A DNA stretch of 48,624 nucleotides from a virus. Its lineage: Duplodnaviria; Caudoviricetes. Positions 1 through 7,367 of the stretch are shown here, piece after piece. A model generated the notes under the pieces. It saw nothing but the letters and a program-made list of their open reading frames with translations, was not told the origin of the DNA and searched no databases. How positions within the stretch are numbered: the stretch's first letter is position 1; the number at the start of each line of letters is the position of its first letter. The position numbers and the translations under genes were made by a program. The stretch lies in IMG/VR virus record IMGVR_UViG_3300017766_003321, positions 1 to 48,624 of that record; one strand, written 5' to 3'.

Positions 1-150
1 ATGAGAACAGTCGGTCATGTGCAAACGGCCGGTGAGGATGCGCTCCACCCCCTGGGGCCTTTAGCATGCCCGGCCCACGATGAGCGCGCCACGATGGCTG
101 CGGCATGGCTGCTGCGCCTTCCGTGAGGGTGCGTGAGGTGGCTCAATGGC

Positions 151-480
151 CTACTTTTGGCGCCAGTGGTGGCCGGGGTCTAGCGGCATGCCGTCGGCAT
201 CATGGCCACGCATCCGGCCGCCGCGCTCCAGCTGTGCTTTTCGGGTGTTGTGGCATGTGGTGCACAGTGCCTGCCAGTTTGAGCGCGACCAAAACAGGGA
301 AAGGTCTCCTCGGTGAGGTTTCACATGGTCGACGACGGACGCAACAACACGGGGCGCGCCTGCAGCTGCGCACATCACGCACCACGGGGAGCCGCGCAAA
401 AATTCGCGCCTGGCCTTGCGCCATTTCTCACCATAGCCGCGCGCCGCAGTGGTGAGGCCGTCGCGCCAGCTATTGGCCAT
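151..480 (-). CDS. Terminase-associated HNH endonuclease (HK97 gp74-like)
   Basis: RGYGEKWRKAR, CVMC, VVDHVKPH..NWQALCTTCHN motifs; lies directly upstream of terS across the contig junction. Confidence 0.9.
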   Translation of the reverse strand: MANSWRDGLTTAARGYGEKWRKARREFLRGSPWCVMCAAAGAPRVVASVVDHVKPHRGDLSLFWSRSNWQALCTTCHNTRKAQLERGGRMRGHDADGMPLDPGHHWRQK

Positions 481-491
481 GGCGCGCGCCT

Positions 492-587
492 GGTGAGGTG
501 GGTGAGGTGGGTGAGGTGGGTGAGGTGGGTGAGGTGGGTGAGGTGGGTGAGGTGGGTGAGGTGGGTGAGGTGGGTGAGGTGGGTGAG
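492..587 (+). repeat. Perfect tandem repeat of GGTGAGGTG, 10 full copies plus a 6-nt partial
   Basis: Read directly; units start at 492, 501, ... 582. Confidence 0.98.
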
Positions 588-715
588 CTCACTACACCAG
601 GCGCGCGCCGAGTAAGCGCGGCTATCTGCAGCTGCAGTAAATGCGCCTTGCGTTTGATCCATTCGCGCCTGGCGCTACAGCCACCACATGCCATACATCA
701 TCCGATAAACGGTAC

Positions 716-744
716 TTGTATGTACTCACCTAGAAGAGTACATT
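716..744 (+). promoter_or_regulatory. Sigma70 promoter (TTGTAT-17-TACATT) overlapped by inverted repeat ATGTACTC-N8-GAGTACAT, a putative Aca-type operator
   Basis: -35 at 716-721, -10 at 739-744; IR arms at 720-727 and 736-743; AGGAG RBS and ATG 782 downstream. Confidence 0.75.
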
Positions 745-781
745 TATTCCGTCGACTCACCCACCGCTAGGAGCACTCACC

Positions 782-964
782 ATGACCGACCGCCAACTGA
801 ATAAATTGTCCTTGCAAGACATGGACATGACCCCGGACGCGCTGAGCATCGCACGCCAGGAAGCCGCGCGCAAGCTCGCACCCCGCAAACCCGCACCCCG
901 CAAAGCCTACGAAGCACCGAAACCCGCGCGCCGTGGTTTCTTTGCCCGCCTTTTCAACATCTGA
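782..964 (+). CDS. Hypothetical 60-aa protein with C-terminal amphipathic RRGFFARLF tail
   Basis: AGGAG RBS; first gene after the promoter. Confidence 0.75.
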   Translation: MTDRQLNKLSLQDMDMTPDALSIARQEAARKLAPRKPAPRKAYEAPKPARRGFFARLFNI

Positions 965-971
965 GGTCAAC

Positions 972-1448
972 ATGAACGATTCAAACACTCTCGCTCAAAC
1001 CTTGCGCGCTGCAGGTCAAACCCTTTTCTCTGACCGCGCCAGCATGCCCAAAAATAACGCGCAAGCCGCGCTCGACGGTCGCACCCACTACGCGGAGGAT
1101 TCGACACTCCGCTATTTTCACGCGCGCATTTTGAGCGCGCATGAATGCCGCAGTGGCTGCTTTTTTTACATTATCGAGTCTTGCGCGCTTGACGCTAACA
1201 ACACGTCACGCGGATTCCGAGCAGTCGTTTTTGATGTATTTGGGACCGTGGTTTATCGGCCTGACTTGCAAAGCACCTACCGCACAAACGGGCAGGCGCG
1301 CAAAGCCATGTGGGCGTGGTTTGACGCGTTTGACGAAGTGCAGCACTACGCCGATGCCTTGCGCCGCAAAGCCGCGCGCCTTGAGCGCGAAGCCGCAGAG
1401 ATGCGCGCCGCGGTGGCCACGCTTGAGAGTGCTGAGGTGGCCGCATGA
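972..1448 (+). CDS. Hypothetical early protein (158 aa)
   Basis: GAGGT RBS before ATG 972; ATGA coupling to next gene. Confidence 0.8.
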   Translation: MNDSNTLAQTLRAAGQTLFSDRASMPKNNAQAALDGRTHYAEDSTLRYFHARILSAHECRSGCFFYIIESCALDANNTSRGFRAVVFDVFGTVVYRPDLQSTYRTNGQARKAMWAWFDAFDEVQHYADALRRKAARLEREAAEMRAAVATLESAEVAA

Positions 1449-1879
1449 CTACAACATTTCACACATACGCTCAATACCTGCAGGCTTGCACCGAGCGCGC
1501 GGTTAATTCACACCGGCCACCTGCAGCGCCTTACTTTTGGGTTTGTGCTGGGTGCGGAAAATGCGCGCCGCACAGCGAAAGCTACGGCACCGACGGGAAA
1601 ACCGAGATGGTCTGTTATGACTGTTGCGCCGCGCGTGATGTCGAGCAGATGCTAGACCGGTCTAAGCCTTTTTACGCTTACTTGTCGTGCGACGGGCGCG
1701 AGCTGGTCAACTGGCCCGGACGCAGTCTCGGGCACGTGCTGAATTATTCAGAATCGCGCGCTGGGTGGAATGGGGGAACTATCGCGCGGTTTCGGGTGCT
1801 AGACGTGCACGGGCAATTGTGGGCGGGGCGTGGAGCGGGTAAAGGCATGTTTTGCACCTTGCGTGCGATGAAAGGTTGA
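1445..1879 (+). CDS. Hypothetical Cys-rich protein (CAGC, CYDCC), probably metal-binding
   Basis: GAGGTG RBS, coupled ORF. Confidence 0.8.
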   Translation: MTTTFHTYAQYLQACTERAVNSHRPPAAPYFWVCAGCGKCAPHSESYGTDGKTEMVCYDCCAARDVEQMLDRSKPFYAYLSCDGRELVNWPGRSLGHVLNYSESRAGWNGGTIARFRVLDVHGQLWAGRGAGKGMFCTLRAMKG

Positions 1880-1884
1880 TCCCT

Positions 1885-2292
1885 ATGGAACTCAACATTA
1901 CTCAATTTTTCAACACGTGCGCGCCGCGCGACTTTAGCGCCAGCGTGGCCGAAATAGGCCAGGATGCTGGCGCCGCCACCTGGCAAGCCGCGTGCGAAGA
2001 AGAGACGCAAATTCTTGACACTGAAGAGAAGCGCGAAGCCTTCCGGGAATTTGTGCGCGGTGCTGGCGCCTGGTCTGACGAAGAAATAGCCGCCATGAGC
2101 GACGCGCATTTGAACGCGCTGTGTGTTCAATGGATCTCAGGCGATATGCGCGAACCCGTCGGGTTTGAGCTCGGCGCGCACAGTGACGACGAACAGTGGG
2201 CGGAATATGAACGCCAGTCAAACGCGGGCAATGTGGCCGGGCGCCTGTTCAAAGGCACCGACGGCGAAATTTACTGGGACTGCGCATGTTGA
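1885..2292 (+). CDS. Hypothetical strongly acidic protein (135 aa)
   Basis: AAAGG RBS; about 27 D/E versus about 9 K/R by hand count. Confidence 0.8.
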   Translation: MELNITQFFNTCAPRDFSASVAEIGQDAGAATWQAACEEETQILDTEEKREAFREFVRGAGAWSDEEIAAMSDAHLNALCVQWISGDMREPVGFELGAHSDDEQWAEYERQSNAGNVAGRLFKGTDGEIYWDCAC

Positions 2293-2456
2293 GCGACCTG
2301 GAGTCGCGCGCCTGGTCGCGCATGTGCCGCAAGCCTGCGCCGCTGGATCACTCCCCGCTGAGCTATGACCGAATGCTCGCACGCGCGCAAGCGTGGCGCC
2401 TGTTGCAGCGTCTGCAGGGGCGCCGCGTCTCTCTGTACCAAGCCATCAAAGAATGA
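2286..2456 (+). CDS. Hypothetical 56-aa protein (MLSDLESRAWSRMCRK...), not in the ORF track
   Basis: Manual translation; overlaps the previous stop and fills the operon gap. Confidence 0.6.
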   Translation: MLSDLESRAWSRMCRKPAPLDHSPLSYDRMLARAQAWRLLQRLQGRRVSLYQAIKE

Positions 2457-2521
2457 AGGTCAATCCCTGCGCATGCTGTGCGCAGTGGTGGGCGATTTTG
2501 CCTTTTCACCTGGAGCTAATC

Positions 2522-2944
2522 ATGCTTACCGAATTGAACGCCATCAACAGCGCGCGCACGCAGTACCGCGCTATGTTTAAGAGCATGGCGCGCGCTGGCG
2601 TGGCGTGGAATATCCACCGTGGTTCGTGCAATGTTGTTTTGCTGCAGCAAGGCGCGCCGATGGACGTGGAGCTTCCGATTTTGCTTCGCAACGTGCACGC
2701 CATGGGTGAGCAAACGATGGTTAACGCGCTGAGCCAGGCGCTGCGCTCGCAGGTGCAAACAGCCACTTATCCTAGAATCGTTCGCGGTCCGAATATTGAA
2801 GTGGCTCGACCACGCAACGGCTGCCCGAGGTATGCATGGGTGCAAGGTTGGATAGTCGAATATGCCCCGGACCGCACCAGCACGCCCGAACGACTGAATG
2901 ACGCGCGCCATCTGCTCAAGCACGCGCAACAGGTGCAAGCATGA
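2522..2944 (+). CDS. Hypothetical protein (140 aa)
   Basis: GGAG RBS before ATG 2522; ATGA coupling. Confidence 0.75.
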   Translation: MLTELNAINSARTQYRAMFKSMARAGVAWNIHRGSCNVVLLQQGAPMDVELPILLRNVHAMGEQTMVNALSQALRSQVQTATYPRIVRGPNIEVARPRNGCPRYAWVQGWIVEYAPDRTSTPERLNDARHLLKHAQQVQA

Positions 2945-3156
2945 GAAAAGCCGATTACCTGATCCTGGCGCGCGCCCTGCGTGAGCGCGTCGCAAAGTGG
3001 AGCCCCGCAGAACATACCGCCGGCCAGCTGCAAAGTGAGGTGCAGGCGCGGATGTCTGAAAGCCTGCAAGCCGCAAGCCTGGCGCGCTACCTTGCGCAGC
3101 ACCTCAGCGTCGACCGCGTGGAATTCCTCAAAGCCTGCGGGGTGAAGCCAGACTAG
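2941..3156 (+). CDS. Hypothetical helical protein (71 aa)
   Basis: Coupled ORF ending FLKACG. Confidence 0.75.
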   Translation: MRKADYLILARALRERVAKWSPAEHTAGQLQSEVQARMSESLQAASLARYLAQHLSVDRVEFLKACGVKPD

Positions 3157-3205
3157 ACCCGCACCCACTCACCGTCGACGCGCGACGTTAAACCGCAGAG
3201 ACGCT

Positions 3206-3247
3206 AGGGCGCCACCTTCAATCGAGGGTGGCGCCCTTTTGTTTTTG
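3206..3247 (+). terminator. Intrinsic terminator-like hairpin between the early genes and the HTH gene
   Basis: AGGGCGCCACC..GGTGGCGCCCT stem followed by TTTGTTTTT. Confidence 0.7.
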
Positions 3248-3258
3248 GAGCTCACCCC

Positions 3259-3477
3259 ATGACCCCGCAAGCCTTTGAAGCCCTGCGCACCCTGACGCGC
3301 ATGCGAGAAACCCCCAGCACTCAGGCCGCGCGCCTGGTCCTCACGCAGGGGGCGCGCCCGGTCGACGCAGCCCCGGCCGCCGGGATCAGCGTGCAGGCAT
3401 GCCGCAACGCGGTGCAGCGCGTGCGCAAGGCGCTGCAGCTGGCGCGCGTGGCCGCGGGTGGCGATTCCGCACCATGA
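3259..3477 (+). CDS. aca4: TrfB/KorA-type HTH protein resembling anti-CRISPR-associated Aca4
   Basis: MTxxxFxALxxLxRxR..AARLVL..G..P.DAA...GI..QA pattern matches the Aca4/TrfB family as I recall it; GGAG RBS. Confidence 0.75.
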   Translation: MTPQAFEALRTLTRMRETPSTQAARLVLTQGARPVDAAPAAGISVQACRNAVQRVRKALQLARVAAGGDSAP

Positions 3478-3629
3478 TGGCGCGCGCTGCACCAAATCGG
3501 TGCGTTCGTGCACCATTTTGGGTTGTTGCGACACATTCTCGTGCATTGCATCGGACCCCCCTCCCGGGGATTTTTTGGGCCTTCCGGGGGTTGGTGGCCA
3601 CGGTCTGGCGTTTTTGGATTTTTGGATGG

Positions 3630-3905
3630 CGCACCCCGCACGTTTTGACCACGGGGTACCGAGGGGTGCGCTAAGTTGTTGATTTGATTGATTTACCCCG
3701 CATACCCCGTATACCCCTTATATAAAGTTAAATAGTATGGGTGTATCGTATAAACGATGGTGGTTTCATCATGATGGTAGCCGTCATCCACCAGCGCCGC
3801 CGTACGGTCTGGACCTACGGGGTATGCGGGGTGCGGGGTATTCCCTTATAAATCAAGCACTTAGCGTACCCCGCACTTTTTGTCAGGGGTACCGCGGGGT
3901 ACGAT
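3630..3905. other. Putative replication origin: AT-rich core flanked by ACCCCG/CGGGGT iteron-like direct and inverted repeats
   Basis: Non-coding; IR at 3663-3685/3850-3872; IR at 3694-3711/3816-3833; DR at about 3632-3670/3867-3903; AT-rich 3715-3755. Confidence 0.6.
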
Positions 3906-3926
3906 GGCTAAATCATGGAGAAAATT

Positions 3927-4253
3927 ATGGAAATAATCACACGCAAGGCCGCTCATGATTCCGCCATGGTGCATTATTTTACGGGTGTGCCGTGTATCCG
4001 CGGCCATGTGGCACCACGATACGTAATCACGGGGAATTGTGTGGAGTGCAACCGCACAGCGCGGCCAATGCGCAAGCTCGATGCGGAAACCATCAAAAAG
4101 CGATCTGCGATGAAACCGCCACCATCGCAATTTCTTAAAGTGACCCTTACCCTGCCCCGGGGTCACGTCACGGCCATGAAGGAATTGGCCCGGGCGCTGT
4201 GTGCCGCCGAGCACCCGCCCCCACCCCCTTCGCTACAGACCCGGCAACCCTAG
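3927..4253 (+). CDS. Zn-binding phage protein (YFTGxPCxRGH..RY..GNCxEC domain)
   Basis: Motif usually seen N-terminal in phage HNH endonucleases; GGAG RBS. Confidence 0.75.
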   Translation: MEIITRKAAHDSAMVHYFTGVPCIRGHVAPRYVITGNCVECNRTARPMRKLDAETIKKRSAMKPPPSQFLKVTLTLPRGHVTAMKELARALCAAEHPPPPPSLQTRQP

Positions 4254-4604
4254 CTGGGCTTCAGGCATGTCGGGCCACTCCCATGCGCCCTTGAGTAGGT
4301 TGGCGCGCCAGTGGAACACTTGGAGGTTGTTGGCCACGTGCAGGCCGCAGACTAGGCGGGATCTTTTGGGCACGATGTGATCCACGACGTGGAGCTCGCC
4401 CGTCTCCCGGGTGCGCCGTTCGGCTTCGGCGTAGACCCGGGCGATGGCGGCCATGTCAGCCCACCCCGGGGTTGCTCGTGCTATGCGAGCGAGGTGCACG
4501 CGCCCCTCTTTGCCTGGTGGAATCACGAGAGGTCGGGTGATGCACGCTGGCGCAAAGAGCGGCCCGTTGCAATGGCCGCCCTCCAGCTGCAGTTGCTGCT
4601 GCAT
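4233..4604 (-). CDS. HNH endonuclease (ATPxWA-type)
   Basis: ATPGWAD..TGELHVVDHIVP..VCGLHVANNLQ..NLLK. Confidence 0.85.
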   Translation of the reverse strand: MQQQLQLEGGHCNGPLFAPACITRPLVIPPGKEGRVHLARIARATPGWADMAAIARVYAEAERRTRETGELHVVDHIVPKRSRLVCGLHVANNLQVFHWRANLLKGAWEWPDMPEAQLGLPGL

Positions 4605-4615
4605 ACCCCACCCCC

Positions 4616-5361
4616 TCACATCACGCACTCGACCCAGATTTGCGCGGCGTGCGCGTTGACCGCGTTGCCGTAGGCGCGCAGTCGTCCCACGCGGCTGGTA
4701 GCCCCATGAGCCGGCGGGAATGTGCCGGGTTCAACTGGCCGCCACTTGTCATCCCGGCAGATTGGCCTGCCTCGGAAGCTGGTCGAATCGTTCTTTCCCC
4801 GTGTCGCCCCGCGGCGTGATGTCCGCCCCCGAGTCCTTCCAGTCGCGCGTCGTGGGTGTGACCCACCCAGTACGTTCGGTCTCGGATGTGCGGAGCACCG
4901 ACGCCCGCAGACGGAAACGCGATGGCCCCGAAGGCGTAACCCATTCCTTCCAGGTCAGCTTGTACAAGGTCGATCCAAGGGTCTGCGTCTTTGCTCGCAA
5001 CCTGCTCTCCAAGCACTGCTGGAGGTCGGCACTGTGCGATGAGCCACTGGAGGTGCGGCCAGAGATGCCGCTCGTCATCAAACCCAGCGCCTTGGCCTGC
5101 CGTGCTGAAAGGCTGGCAAGGACATGAGCCAGTCCAGACAGGTCGGGAGTCTGGCCACCCGGCGTTGCGCAGGGCGTGGGACCACACCCCGATGCCGGCG
5201 AAGAAGTGGCATTGGGTGAATCCGCGCAAATCGTTGGGTGTGACATCTTCAATGCTCCTTGTGTCGACAATGCCTGGCGCGATGTGGCCGGCGATGATGA
5301 GGTTGCCCAGCCACTCAGCGGCGTAGGGGTCGATCTCGTTGTAGTAGGCCATGTGCGTCAC
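4616..5361 (-). pseudogene. C5-cytosine DNA methyltransferase of the overlapping-frame two-subunit type, alpha chain, frame-disrupted near 4760
   Basis: FFAGIG (motif I), SCPCQPFS (IV), GEQV (VI), PHIRDR (VIII); expected C-terminus [12 protein letters not shown] is in another frame, ending at 4616. Confidence 0.75.
4749..5270 (-). CDS. Overlapping beta chain of the C5 methyltransferase, truncated
   Basis: LYKLTWK..TPSG..RLRAS..[12 protein letters not shown]; its usual LNP.HSR.LMG end is read in the alpha frame. Confidence 0.6.
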   Translation of the reverse strand: MSTQGALKMSHPTICADSPNATSSPASGCGPTPCATPGGQTPDLSGLAHVLASLSARQAKALGLMTSGISGRTSSGSSHSADLQQCLESRLRAKTQTLGSTLYKLTWKEWVTPSGPSRFRLRASVLRTSETERTGWVTPTTRDWKDSGADITPRGDTGKERFDQLPRQANLPG

Positions 5362-5684
5362 GCAGGCACCCCCTGCACGCGAGGCCGGCGCAGCAAGCGC
5401 ATCGTCTCTTCACTCACCACGGGCCGCCGCGGCCTGATGGGCTGCAGGCACTCGTCCATGATGGTGAGGCGGTACCCGTGGTCGGCCAGCGCGTCGTCGC
5501 TATGCACCCACCCCTGCGGTCGATCTGGGTCGCCGACGTTGAGGGGGCGCGACGCCTTCTCAAAGAGCCACGCGTCACTGCACGCCGGCTGCGTCACCGT
5601 GAGAAACGTGCCGATGTAGCGCTCGCCCTCAGCCCCGTCGAACGTGCGCACGATCACGCACAGATCCCCAGCTTCGCAGCGCAT
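5358..5684 (-). CDS. Hypothetical protein (MRCEAGDL..)
   Basis: TGATG coupling. Confidence 0.7.
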   Translation of the reverse strand: MRCEAGDLCVIVRTFDGAEGERYIGTFLTVTQPACSDAWLFEKASRPLNVGDPDRPQGWVHSDDALADHGYRLTIMDECLQPIRPRRPVVSEETMRLLRRPRVQGVPA

Positions 5685-6091
5685 CACAGCACCACCGACA
5701 CACGCACTTGAGAGGTGCGGCGCTCCATGCCCTGCGACTCGATTGTGGTGACGCCCACGCTGCACGTGTCGACGTCGGCGACCGTTGCCCCTGTGTTCCG
5801 CTCAAACTGCTGGATGAGCGCAAGGATGTCGGCTTGCAGGTCTAAATGCAGCTGCCTCACCTGTCCCAAAGTAAGCGTGGTGGGGCCGGGCGTCGGGTAC
5901 TCCAATTCCATCCTCGGGTCGCTCTCAATGGCGGCGAAGCTGCGTGGCTTACCGGTCCACGGGTCAAAGCTCCAAGGCGCTCCGTGTTGGCGTAGCTCAG
6001 CAAGCGTGGGTGCAAAGCCACCGATAAAAGCGGACGGCTCGTAGCGATTGCCGGTCAAAGGAGAAAAGTTGACGGGTTCATTCATGATCAC
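5684..6091 (-). CDS. Hypothetical protein (135 aa)
   Basis: AGGAG RBS, coupled. Confidence 0.7.
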   Translation of the reverse strand: MIMNEPVNFSPLTGNRYEPSAFIGGFAPTLAELRQHGAPWSFDPWTGKPRSFAAIESDPRMELEYPTPGPTTLTLGQVRQLHLDLQADILALIQQFERNTGATVADVDTCSVGVTTIESQGMERRTSQVRVSVVL

Positions 6092-6324
6092 ACTCCTAGT
6101 TGGTCAAGCAAAATATCAATCACGTCATCCAGCGTAGCGCCCTCGCGCACCGCTCGCGCCACCGCGGCGCTGTTGTTGCGCTCGCAGCATGGCGAGCCAG
6201 GTCGATGGGGGTAGTGGTAGCCGCCGCACTCGCACGGCCCGTGATGCCGTGCCCCCGCCATGTGCGCCCAAAGGCTCGGCCAAGTGGCGCGTCGGCTGCG
6301 GCATACGGGGCAGCGGGGCATCAC
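6088..6324 (-). CDS. Small Cys/His-rich zinc-binding protein
   Basis: CPVC, CECGGYHYPHRPGSPCC. Confidence 0.7.
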   Translation of the reverse strand: MMPRCPVCRSRRATWPSLWAHMAGARHHGPCECGGYHYPHRPGSPCCERNNSAAVARAVREGATLDDVIDILLDQLGV

Positions 6325-6512
6325 GCACCGCGCAGCGACGCGCGAGCCCTGCGCAGCATGTGCGCGAAGTAATCCCGGCCCACCGCTGAGTCGCGCAGTA
6401 GATCACCGGTGGCGTACACGCGTTGGGTAACAACTGTGCCGCACGGAAACCCACGCTGCATCACCCAGCGCACACTGCCATCTTTGAAACGGGTCCGTTG
6501 GTTGATGATCAT
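6321..6512 (-). CDS. Hypothetical protein (63 aa)
   Basis: Coupled ORF. Confidence 0.6.
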   Translation of the reverse strand: MIINQRTRFKDGSVRWVMQRGFPCGTVVTQRVYATGDLLRDSAVGRDYFAHMLRRARASLRGA

Positions 6513-6685
6513 GCGGAGCCCCTATTGAATGCGGCGCGTTTGAGCGCCACTTTGCGCTTGCGTGCACCGCTGACGGGTGGGTGCGCCAGGTTGCGTGCGA
6601 GGTGCACTGCAAACCAGCGACGATCGCCCAACGCGCGTATTTCTGTCGCGCTAAGCGGGCTTTGCGTGATGTAGATGATTTGCAC
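6509..6685 (-). CDS. Hypothetical 58-aa basic protein (MQIIYITQSPLS...), not in the ORF track
   Basis: AGGAG RBS, GTG start, ATGA overlap with next gene. Confidence 0.6.
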   Translation of the reverse strand: MQIIYITQSPLSATEIRALGDRRWFAVHLARNLAHPPVSGARKRKVALKRAAFNRGSA

Positions 6686-6697
6686 CCCAGGCTCCTA

Positions 6698-6726
6698 TTG
6701 ACATTGATGTAAATTGGCTGCACTAT
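6698..6726 (+). promoter_or_regulatory. Sigma70 promoter with palindromic operator, copy 1
   Basis: TTGACATTGATGTAAA; TTGACA-17-CACTAT. Confidence 0.8.
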
Positions 6727-6753
6727 GCCCCCACCCCTCAACTGGAGTCAACC

Positions 6754-7200
6754 ATGCTTAGATTTTTGCTTCTCCCTCTTTTGCTCAGCGCTTGCGGTGG
6801 CGGCGGGCCTGACATCATCAGCGCCAGCCAGGCTGCAGCGCCACCTACGCCTGTGGTGCACCAGCTTCACGCCATCGTGAGGCCCGCCGCGAATGGTCAG
6901 TGGTTCGTGCAAAACGATGTCGACCATTCGCCGTCCGGCATCTCCAGCGTCACTCAAACCGGCGAGTATCTGGAGGTGGTGTTTGACCGCAGCTACAGCC
7001 ACGCGGGGTCCATCCAGGTGTCGATGGATGATGACTTCAACGGCTTTTGCACTGCCGGCACCAACCTCGGCCTGTCGGCAACCCGTGTGCGTATCAAGTG
7101 CAACGGCACGCAGATCAACCCCACCAACATCTACAGCTACGCGCCGATCACCCCCGGCTCGGGCAACCTCTGGATCAACGTCACCATGGTGCAAAAATGA
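6754..7200 (+). CDS. Lipoprotein, candidate superinfection exclusion
   Basis: MLRFLLLPLLLSAC lipobox; beta-rich body; GGAG RBS. Confidence 0.8.
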   Translation: MLRFLLLPLLLSACGGGGPDIISASQAAAPPTPVVHQLHAIVRPAANGQWFVQNDVDHSPSGISSVTQTGEYLEVVFDRSYSHAGSIQVSMDDDFNGFCTAGTNLGLSATRVRIKCNGTQINPTNIYSYAPITPGSGNLWINVTMVQK

Positions 7201-7367
7201 TGAAACTCTTTGCCAAACCCACCGTCTCCGAGGTCATCGCAGCCGAGTTGGAAGAACTCAAGCGCGAGCTCTACAAGCAAGACCTCTTGCGTGATCACCA
7301 CGCTGCCCAGTGCGCCGCCATCACGAAGCGCATCGCCAAGCTGGAACAGAAGGGAGAGACGGCATGA
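7197..7367 (+). CDS. Small coiled-coil hypothetical protein (56 aa)
   Basis: ATGA overlaps at both ends. Confidence 0.65.
   Translation: MMKLFAKPTVSEVIAAELEELKRELYKQDLLRDHHAAQCAAITKRIAKLEQKGETA

Noticed and set aside
492-587. Repeat as a CRISPR array, Chi array or KOPS array
   Set aside because: There are no spacers, and the unit matches neither GCTGGTGG nor GGGNAGGG
313-770. ORFs with VRW/THL/GEV/PTS repeats
   Set aside because: They are open only because the 9-bp repeat lacks stops in those frames; no convincing RBS, and most overlap the HNH gene
3206-3240. Hairpin with reverse-strand GATTGAAG as a solitary CRISPR repeat (Racr)
   Set aside because: The motif is in the loop and antisense to the operon; the structure fits a terminator better
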